Shown piece by piece: positions 57,103 through 64,000 of a stretch of DNA of 64,000 bases (the first letter of the stretch is position 1; every line of letters begins with the position of its first letter). Under the pieces are notes generated by a model, which was given only the letters and a program-made list of their open reading frames with translations, made no database searches and was not told the origin of the DNA. This DNA is from Clostridia bacterium (GTDB lineage Bacteria; Bacillota; Clostridia; Christensenellales; Christensenellaceae): positions 63,568 through 127,567 of the forward strand of contig JAFXKX010000010.1 in the NCBI GenBank assembly GCA_017531505.1, read 5' to 3'. The position numbers and the translations under genes are program-made.

Positions 57103-57471
57103 TTACTTCTTCTTGCCCGCTACTGTACGCTTCGGACCCTTTCTGGTACGAGCGTTAGTCTTGGTACGCTGACCACGTACGGGCAGACTTCTTCTGTGAC
57201 GAACGCCTCTTACACAACCAATCTCCATCAATCTCTTGATGTTGAGGTTGATTTCTCTTCTGAGGTCGCCTTCGGTTTGATAATTTTTGTCAATATATTC
57301 TCTGATCTTGGTTGCATCGTCCTCAGACAGATCTTTTACTCTGATATCGGGATCAATGCCTGTTGCAGCAAGAATATCCTGAGAAGACTTCAGACCAATG
57401 CCGTATATATAGGTAAGGCCAATTTCAATGCGCTTCTCTCTTGGCAAGTCGATTCCGGCAATACGAGCCAT
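57103..57471 (-). CDS. rpsM: 30S ribosomal protein S13
   Basis: [10 protein letters not shown] and [17 protein letters not shown]. Confidence 0.98.
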   Translation of the reverse strand: MARIAGIDLPREKRIEIGLTYIYGIGLKSSQDILAATGIDPDIRVKDLSEDDATKIREYIDKNYQTEGDLRREINLNIKRLMEIGCVRGVRHRRSLPVRGQRTKTNARTRKGPKRTVAGKKK

Positions 57472-57620
57472 TAACTTTTACCTCCGGTAGATTTTTCTTT
57501 TAAATTTCCATATATACATAAGCATTTGGTTAAAAAGATAACGCAATATAGACATATAAAAATATCCATACAGCCGCTGCGTGTATATTAATAACTGTTT
57601 TGCTTAATGGTTGGATGTTG

Positions 57621-57872
<252 letters not shown>

Positions 57873-57919
57873 CTATTTCATATTTTTTATAATTTTTTTT
57901 GCTTAAACAAAGCAAAAAA

Positions 57920-58141
57920 TCAGTTTTTGCCTCTCCAGACGATCCGACCTCTGGACAGATCATAGGGGGAAAGTTCTACAGTAACTTTGTCACCGGGCAG
58001 GATCCGGATATAATTCATTCTGAGTTTGCCGGAAATGTGCGCCAATACTTTGTGACCGTTTTCCAACTGTACTTCGAAGGAAGCATTGGGGTAAGTTTCT
58101 GTAACGATACCTTCTACTTCAATTACGTCGCTCTTGGACAA
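57920..58141 (-). CDS. infA: translation initiation factor IF-1
   Basis: [18 protein letters not shown]. Confidence 0.98.
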   Translation of the reverse strand: MSKSDVIEVEGIVTETYPNASFEVQLENGHKVLAHISGKLRMNYIRILPGDKVTVELSPYDLSRGRIVWRGKN

Positions 58142-58152
58142 AGTGTATCTCC

Positions 58153-58434
58153 TTATTGTTTGTCAATCGCCGCAATGCGGTCGAGTTCGTTTCTGATCAT
58201 TGCATCTACAGTGTTCCGACCGGATAAAATCTGTTCAGCTGCTTGCGCAGCAACATATGGTCTGCATTGTATATGCCGTATCTTCTTCAGTTTCGGCTTT
58301 GCTGTTTTACGACTGATGCCATCAGCAAGCAGTACATATTCAGCATTTACGATCCCGCAAATTATAAAGTATCTGCCTTTTCCTCTGCCAGCCTTGACTG
58401 TGCAAACGCGGCCGATGCATATGTTCTTATCCAT
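58153..58434 (-). CDS. KOW-domain RNA-binding protein (L14e-like)
   Basis: KAGRGKG...LADG...KPKLKK; usual clostridial position between map and infA. Confidence 0.8.
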   Translation of the reverse strand: MDKNICIGRVCTVKAGRGKGRYFIICGIVNAEYVLLADGISRKTAKPKLKKIRHIQCRPYVAAQAAEQILSGRNTVDAMIRNELDRIAAIDKQ

Positions 58435-58445
58435 GTGCCCTCCAT

Positions 58446-59195
58446 TTATGCAAGGGTCAGAATATCGCAGGGACCGTCCTGAGTGATCACGATCGTGTTT
58501 TCATAATGTGCAGAAAGACTGCCATCTTTTGTGGATGCCGTCCATTCATTGGGCGCGATCACAACTTTGTGTGTACCCAACGTCAGCATAGGCTCTACCG
58601 CCAGTACCAGACCCGGTCTCATGACAGGACCTCTTCTGCCGGTATCATAGTTCGGAACCTCAGGGTCTTCGTGAAGATCCCGACCAATGCCGTGACCGAT
58701 GAACTCAGTGACTACACCAAGGCCATATGCTCTGGCGTGTTTTTCCACTGCTTTTCCGATTTCATTCAGGCGAGCGCCGGAAACTGCCTGCTCAACGCCT
58801 TTGAAAAAGGATTCTTTGGTCACACGAATCAGCATTTCGGCTTCTTCGGAAATCTTGCCAACACCTACCGTACGTGCCATATCCGAATGATAACCTTTCA
58901 AATAAGCACCGGTATCAAAGCTGACAATGTCTCCCTCCTTTAGACGACGATGTCCCGGTATGCCATGTACGATCTCGTCATTGACGGATATACATGCAGT
59001 ACCGGGAAAACCACCGTAACCTTTGAAAGAAGGTTTTGCACCCGCTCCCACAATATGTCTATACGCAATATCATCAAGCTCTGCGGTCGACACCCCCGGT
59101 TCAACAGCGGCCAGCATTTTCTCCATGGCCGCCATTGCAATCAGGGCTGCGTCCCGCATACGCTTGATTTCTTCTGCTGATTTCAGGCTGATCAT
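58446..59195 (-). CDS. map: methionine aminopeptidase type I
   Basis: CISVNDEIVHGIP, GHGIG...HEDP and SAHYENT. Confidence 0.97.
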   Translation of the reverse strand: MISLKSAEEIKRMRDAALIAMAAMEKMLAAVEPGVSTAELDDIAYRHIVGAGAKPSFKGYGGFPGTACISVNDEIVHGIPGHRRLKEGDIVSFDTGAYLKGYHSDMARTVGVGKISEEAEMLIRVTKESFFKGVEQAVSGARLNEIGKAVEKHARAYGLGVVTEFIGHGIGRDLHEDPEVPNYDTGRRGPVMRPGLVLAVEPMLTLGTHKVVIAPNEWTASTKDGSLSAHYENTIVITQDGPCDILTLA

Positions 59196-59812
59196 TTCAC
59201 ACTCTCAATGATTGCTGCAATTTCTTCAACTTTTTCGTTGACATCGCCTGTTGCATCGATACGATGTACCAAACCCTTGGCATCATAGTAGTCTACCAAA
59301 GGAGCGGTTTCTTTCAGATATACATCGAAGCGCTTTCTGATAGTTTCTTCAGTGTCGTCTGCTCTGATGTACAACTCTCCACCACACTTTTCGCAGGTGG
59401 AACCGGAATACCACTTTACATTATATACAGCACCGCACTGCTTGCACAGTCTGCGGCCGCAGATACGCTCTACTACTACATCTACTGTAGTTTCGAGATC
59501 GATTACTGCATCGATCTTTGCAATTTCATCCAGTGCTTCTGCCTGTGCTACAGTGCGGGGGAATCCGTCAAACATAATACCTGCCTCGGTCTTGGCAAGG
59601 CGTTCTTTTACCATACCAATGATTACGCTATCGGGTACCAATTTGCCTTCTTCAATGTACTGTTTTGCCAGTTTACCCAGCTCTGTTCCCTGCTTCATCT
59701 CTTCACGGAGCATATCGCCCGTGGAGAGATGTTCAAGGCCGGCACTTGCTACCAATCTGGCAGCGATGGTGCCTTTTCCAGCTCCGGGGGGGCCAAGAAA
59801 AATTAAGTTCAT
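59192..59812 (-). CDS. adk: adenylate kinase
   Basis: GPPGAGKGT, STGDMLR, DGFPRT and a Zn-type LID domain. Confidence 0.97.
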   Translation of the reverse strand: MNLIFLGPPGAGKGTIAARLVASAGLEHLSTGDMLREEMKQGTELGKLAKQYIEEGKLVPDSVIIGMVKERLAKTEAGIMFDGFPRTVAQAEALDEIAKIDAVIDLETTVDVVVERICGRRLCKQCGAVYNVKWYSGSTCEKCGGELYIRADDTEETIRKRFDVYLKETAPLVDYYDAKGLVHRIDATGDVNEKVEEIAAIIESVK

Positions 59813-59823
59813 CTTGCTCCTCC

Positions 59824-61083
59824 TTAGTTCAAGAAGCCTTTATAGTGACGCATCATCATCTGTGCTTCCAGTACCTGTGCAGTTTCCAGAGCGGTGCTTA
59901 CCATGATCAGCAGACCGGTCGCACTGAACGGAGAGGTCAGCTGTGTGATCTTAGTAAACAGAGTCGGGATAACAGCAAGGATTGCCAGGAAGATCGCACC
60001 AAACAATGTGAGTTTCTTCAAAATCCGGCTGAAATAGTCGGAAGTGGGTTTACCCGGACGGATACCGGGGATAAAGCCACCGTACTGCTGGATATTCTTA
60101 GATACTTCAATAGGATTGAAGGAGATCTGAGAATAGAAGTAGGTGAAGAATAAGATCAGCAGTGCATACAGAACAGCATACAACAGGCTGCCTGTACCCA
60201 GGAACTTCATGTACCAGTTATAGAACGCACTCTGCGGCCAGAACTGAGCAATCATGCCGGGGAACTGTACTACAGTCATTGCGAAGATGATAGGCATAAC
60301 ACCGGACTGGTTTACCTTGATCGGAATGAAGGAAGCCTGGCCGCCATACATCTTTCTACCTACAACACGCTTTGCATATTGCACGGGAACTCTACGCTCA
60401 CCCTGATCTACATAAGTGATCGCAGTAATGATCACCAGTACGCCGAGGATAACCCCGACAAGAGCCAGGATACTCAGGTCACCTGCAATTACTGCAGATA
60501 CCAGAGAAATTACCTGACCAGGCAATTCTGCAACGAGACCTGCAAAAATCAGCAGAGAAATACCGTTGCCAATACCTTTCTGGTTAATCTGTTCACCAAT
60601 CCACATCATCAGTGCAGTACCTGCGGTAAGGCACAGGAAGATGGTGATATAGTTGAACAAGTCAGTAGATTCTACTGCGCTGCTACCCATACCCCACAAA
60701 ATACCGATTGCCTGAATCAGACCCAAAGCAACAGCCACATATCTTGTGATCTTGGAGATTTTGTTCTTCCCTTCTTCGCCTTCTTTAGAAAGACGCTCCA
60801 ACGCAGGAATCGCAATGGTCAAAAGATTCATTACGATAGATGCGTTGAGGTAGGGGGAGATGCCCAATGCGAAGATGGACATATTCTCCAAACCGCCACC
60901 AGACATCATGTTCAGAAACTCAAGAGCTGTATAGCTGTTAACGGAATCTGCAACATAAGCTACGTTAACACCCGGAACCGGAATGGTAACGCCAACGCGG
61001 TATACGAGAAGCATGAGAATGGTATACAGGATCTTCTTTCTGAGATCCGCGATTTTCCATGCATTTCCCAGCGTCTTAAACAT
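59824..61083 (-). CDS. secY: preprotein translocase SecY
   Basis: SIFALGISPY, GIGNGISLLIF and IPGIRPG. Confidence 0.98.
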   Translation of the reverse strand: MFKTLGNAWKIADLRKKILYTILMLLVYRVGVTIPVPGVNVAYVADSVNSYTALEFLNMMSGGGLENMSIFALGISPYLNASIVMNLLTIAIPALERLSKEGEEGKNKISKITRYVAVALGLIQAIGILWGMGSSAVESTDLFNYITIFLCLTAGTALMMWIGEQINQKGIGNGISLLIFAGLVAELPGQVISLVSAVIAGDLSILALVGVILGVLVIITAITYVDQGERRVPVQYAKRVVGRKMYGGQASFIPIKVNQSGVMPIIFAMTVVQFPGMIAQFWPQSAFYNWYMKFLGTGSLLYAVLYALLILFFTYFYSQISFNPIEVSKNIQQYGGFIPGIRPGKPTSDYFSRILKKLTLFGAIFLAILAVIPTLFTKITQLTSPFSATGLLIMVSTALETAQVLEAQMMMRHYKGFLN

Positions 61084-61084
61084 T

Positions 61085-61525
61085 TTAAATCTCCTCTGCT
61101 ACGCCGCCTGCAGCGACAATTTTCTCCTGGGCAGATTTGGTGAACTTAGCAGCCTTTACGGTGAGCTTCTTGTCCAGCTCGCCATCGCCCAAAATCTTCA
61201 GACCGTCGTTGATCTTGCTGATAAAGCCGATTTCCTTGAGGAACTCTGCGGTGATGACTGTACCGTCTTCAAATACGCTCAGTTCTTCAACATTAACCGT
61301 TGTATACTGCTTAGCAAAAATGTTAATGAAGCCGCGCTTGGGGATTCTTCTCATGACAGGCATCTGACCGCCTTCAAAGCCGGGGCGAATGCTGCCGCCG
61401 CTTCTGGAGGTCTGACCCTTCTGGCCCTTACCGGACGTCTTGCCCAGACCGGAACCATTGCCTCTGCCGAGTCTCTTGGGGGATTTTCTAGAACCTACAG
61501 CGGGTTTTAATTCATGTAATTTCAT
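61085..61525 (-). CDS. rplO: 50S ribosomal protein L15
   Basis: [19 protein letters not shown] and FEGGQMP. Confidence 0.98.
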   Translation of the reverse strand: MKLHELKPAVGSRKSPKRLGRGNGSGLGKTSGKGQKGQTSRSGGSIRPGFEGGQMPVMRRIPKRGFINIFAKQYTTVNVEELSVFEDGTVITAEFLKEIGFISKINDGLKILGDGELDKKLTVKAAKFTKSAQEKIVAAGGVAEEI

Positions 61526-61540
61526 TGAAAGATGCCCTCC

Positions 61541-61717
61541 TTAGATCTCTTCAACTTCTACCAAGTGCTTGATCTTGAAGATCTGGCCCTTGATAGAATC
61601 GTTTGCTTCTTTTACAACAGACTGGCCGATCTTCTTGAGACCCAGTGCGCGCACTGTACCAATCTGATCCTGGCGACATCCAATGGTGCTTCTCTTAAGA
61701 GTAACTTTCAACTGCAT
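61541..61717 (-). CDS. rpmD: 50S ribosomal protein L30 (58 aa, below the ORF-track cutoff)
   Basis: MQLKVTLKRSTIG...VRALGLKKIGQSV...IKHLVEVEEI; GGAGG RBS. Confidence 0.96.
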   Translation of the reverse strand: MQLKVTLKRSTIGCRQDQIGTVRALGLKKIGQSVVKEANDSIKGQIFKIKHLVEVEEI

Positions 61718-61732
61718 TATGATGTCCTCCTA

Positions 61733-62224
61733 TTACTCGATCGTTACGCCACGGAGACGTTCGATCTGAGCCTTGGTCTTCAACATTGCCAGGCCAGCAA
61801 GGGTAGCCTTAACAACATTGATAGCGTTACGGGAACCGTAGGTCTTAGCATTGATATCTTCAATACCAGCCAGTTCCAGTACTGCTCTTGCGTGGTTGGA
61901 AGCGATAACGCCGGTACCAGCGGTAGCGGGCATCATAACGATGCTGCTCTTGCTGAACTTACCGATGATTCTGTGAGGGATGGTGCTGCCATCTCTGCTT
62001 ACAGTGATCATATTGCGCTTTGCGCTTTCTTCTGCTTTTCTGATTGCTTCAGGGATTTCGACTGCTTTACCCTGGCCGCAACCTACATGACCGTTCTCAT
62101 CGCCTACTACTACCAGTGCGGAGAATCTCATGTTACGGCCGCCCTTAACAGTCTTTGCAACTCTATTAACGGAGACGAGTCTCGTCTTCAAATCCAGTTC
62201 TCTGGCATCTATACGCTGCTGCAA
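61733..62224 (-). CDS. rpsE: 30S ribosomal protein S5
   Basis: [11 protein letters not shown]...FSALVVVGD. Confidence 0.98.
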   Translation of the reverse strand: MQQRIDARELDLKTRLVSVNRVAKTVKGGRNMRFSALVVVGDENGHVGCGQGKAVEIPEAIRKAEESAKRNMITVSRDGSTIPHRIIGKFSKSSIVMMPATAGTGVIASNHARAVLELAGIEDINAKTYGSRNAINVVKATLAGLAMLKTKAQIERLRGVTIE

Positions 62225-62237
62225 CTTATGTTCCTCC

Positions 62238-62606
62238 TTACAGTTTCAGGCCTGCTTCTCTGGCACCTTCTGCCAGAGCTGCTACTCTACCATGGTAGAG
62301 ATAACCACCACGGTCGAATACTGCCTCGGTAATACCTTTTTCCAGGGCGATTTTTGCAGCCTTTGCGCCAACGAGCTTAGCTGCTTCGGTTTTGGTTGCG
62401 CTCTCCAGTGCGGATGCAAGATCCTTATCCTGAGTAGAAGCTGCTACCAGAGTGTGCCCAACGGTATCGTCAATAAGCTGAACGTAAATATTGTTCAGGC
62501 TTCTGTAAACTGCCATTCTGGGACGGCTAGCCGTACCGCTGATCTTGTTACGGATACGCTGATGTCTCTTCTGGCGTACCTCATTTTTATTAACTTTCTT
62601 GATCAT
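62238..62606 (-). CDS. rplR: 50S ribosomal protein L18
   Basis: [25 protein letters not shown]. Confidence 0.98.
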   Translation of the reverse strand: MIKKVNKNEVRQKRHQRIRNKISGTASRPRMAVYRSLNNIYVQLIDDTVGHTLVAASTQDKDLASALESATKTEAAKLVGAKAAKIALEKGITEAVFDRGGYLYHGRVAALAEGAREAGLKL

Positions 62607-62627
62607 ATTACTTTACGGACCTCCCTC

Positions 62628-63167
62628 TTACATACCAGACTTGCCTTCTTTGAGTGCAACGTATTCGCCCTGATAGCGGATACCCTTGCCCTTGTAAGGC
62701 TCCGGCGGCTTGATAGCGCGGATGTTGGCAGCTGCCTGACCAACGGCCTGCTTATCAATACCTTTTACTACGATCTGTGTCTGAGCGGGAACTTCGAAGG
62801 TGATGCCTTCTGCGGGTTCCACTTCTACAGAGTGGCTGAAGCCAAGGAACATAACCAGTTTCTTGCCGTCAAGCTGTGCTCTGTAACCAACACCTACGAT
62901 TTCGAGAGTCTTGGAATAGCCTTCGGTTACACCGTGTACCATGTTTGCGATCATGGCTCTGGTCAGACCGTGCAGGGATCTTACATCCTTCTGCTCGGAG
63001 CTGCGGCTAACGGTGATTACGTTGCCATCCAACTTGATCTCTACTTTATTGCTGAATTTCTGCTTCAATTCACCCTTCGGGCCTTTAACGATAACTTCAT
63101 TGCCGGCATTGATCTCGGCAGTGACGTTTGCGGGAAGCTCGACAGGATTTCTACCAATTCTTGACAT
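62628..63167 (-). CDS. rplF: 50S ribosomal protein L6
   Basis: MSRIG and PPEPYKGKGIRY. Confidence 0.98.
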   Translation of the reverse strand: MSRIGRNPVELPANVTAEINAGNEVIVKGPKGELKQKFSNKVEIKLDGNVITVSRSSEQKDVRSLHGLTRAMIANMVHGVTEGYSKTLEIVGVGYRAQLDGKKLVMFLGFSHSVEVEPAEGITFEVPAQTQIVVKGIDKQAVGQAAANIRAIKPPEPYKGKGIRYQGEYVALKEGKSGM

Positions 63168-63198
63168 ATCAGTGTACCTCTCCTTATATTATCCGAGC

Positions 63199-63600
63199 TT
63201 ACCAAACGTAGGCGATAACTTCGCCGCCTACAGCGCTCTTTCTTGCTTCAGCATCAGTAATGATACCCTTGGAAGTAGAAATGATAGCAATACCGAGGCC
63301 GCTCAATACCTTGGGGATCTCGTTCTTTCTAGCATATACTCTCAAACCGGGCTTGCTGATTCTCTTCAGACCGGAAATGACGCTTTCGCCATTGGGGCCG
63401 TATTTCAGTCTTACCTTCAAAGTACCGGAAGTATTTTCTTCTTCTGCTACTTCGAAGCCCTTGATGTAGCCCTGATCCAGCAGGATCTGAGCGATGGAAT
63501 TCTTCATTTTGGAAGCAGGCATCTCAACGATGTCCTTCTTTACTACCAAAGCATTGCGAATGCGTGTAAGCATATCAGCGATGGGATCTGTAACAGGCAT
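63199..63600 (-). CDS. rpsH: 30S ribosomal protein S8
   Basis: [13 protein letters not shown] and SKPGLRVY. Confidence 0.98.
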   Translation of the reverse strand: MPVTDPIADMLTRIRNALVVKKDIVEMPASKMKNSIAQILLDQGYIKGFEVAEEENTSGTLKVRLKYGPNGESVISGLKRISKPGLRVYARKNEIPKVLSGLGIAIISTSKGIITDAEARKSAVGGEVIAYVW

Positions 63601-63612
63601 ATTTCTCCTCCT

Positions 63613-63798
63613 TTACCAGCTGGCTTTTTTCACGCCAGGGATCTGTCCCTTGTAAGCCAGTTCTCTAAAACATACACGGCAAATACCGTATTTTCTGAGA
63701 ACAGAGTGGGGGCGACCACAGATACGGCATCTGGTATATTCTCTGGTGGAGAATTTGGAGCCTCTCTGCTGCTTCAAAATCATGCTTTTCTTAGCCAC
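63613..63798 (-). CDS. rpsZ: 30S ribosomal protein S14 type Z
   Basis: RCRICGRP...ICRVCFRE, 61 aa. Confidence 0.97.
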   Translation of the reverse strand: MAKKSMILKQQRGSKFSTREYTRCRICGRPHSVLRKYGICRVCFRELAYKGQIPGVKKASW

Positions 63799-63811
63799 TG
63801 TCTGTTCCTCC

Positions 63812-64000
63812 TTACTTAATGAACGGCATTCCCATGAATGTCAAGAGTTCGCGTGCTTCTTCGTCAGTATTAGCGGTGGTTACAACAACGATATCCATAC
63901 CGCGGATCTGTTCAACTTTGTCGAAGTCGATTTCCGGGAACATCAGCTGTTCACGGACACCCAGTGCATAGTTGCCTCTGCCGTCGAAGGAGTTAGCGGA
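63812..64000 (-). CDS. rplE: 50S ribosomal protein L5 (3' part)
   Basis: Manual translation [21 protein letters not shown]...[20 protein letters not shown]...GMPFIK*. Confidence 0.96.
   Translation of the reverse strand, partial: SANSFDGRGNYALGVREQLMFPEIDFDKVEQIRGMDIVVVTTANTDEEARELLTFMGMPFIK

Overview
This is a core-chromosome segment of a spore-forming Clostridia-class firmicute (inferred from spo0A, spoIIR, a SipL-like gene, veg and ECF transporter genes). Most genes, including prfA, rho and the ribosomal protein genes, lie on the minus strand. The left end holds prfA(partial)-prmC-DUF1385-rpmE-rho and spoIIR. The middle holds housekeeping, transport and sporulation genes: an NlpC/P60 hydrolase, fba, an oadB/oadG-like pair, three tandem M42 peptidases, asd, a GH4-nudC-kinase cluster, veg, an orphan Spo0A homologue, a Gld-like ABC system, tRNA-Ser(GGA), glmS-glmM-trxB, an ECF sigma factor flanked by two anti-sigma factors, and a MerR/MATE pair. 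The right end is the spc/alpha ribosomal cluster (rplE to rplQ), ecfA1A2T-truA and rplM-rpsI. I saw no CRISPR array, prophage, IS or integrase. Most notable observations: (1) a stand-alone EF-Tu G-domain-only gene with its own promoter and terminator and the catalytic His replaced by Phe; (2) a predicted sigma-H-driven ~450-nt intergenic transcript with a 29-aa ORF and a structured 3' region; (3) a dense array of about 13 DnaA boxes with no dnaA in the window, beside veg and near the orphan spo0A; (4) an ABC ATPase with all hydrolytic motifs degenerate; (5) a one-sigma/two-anti-sigma ECF locus. All calls come from reading motifs by eye; no database search was run.
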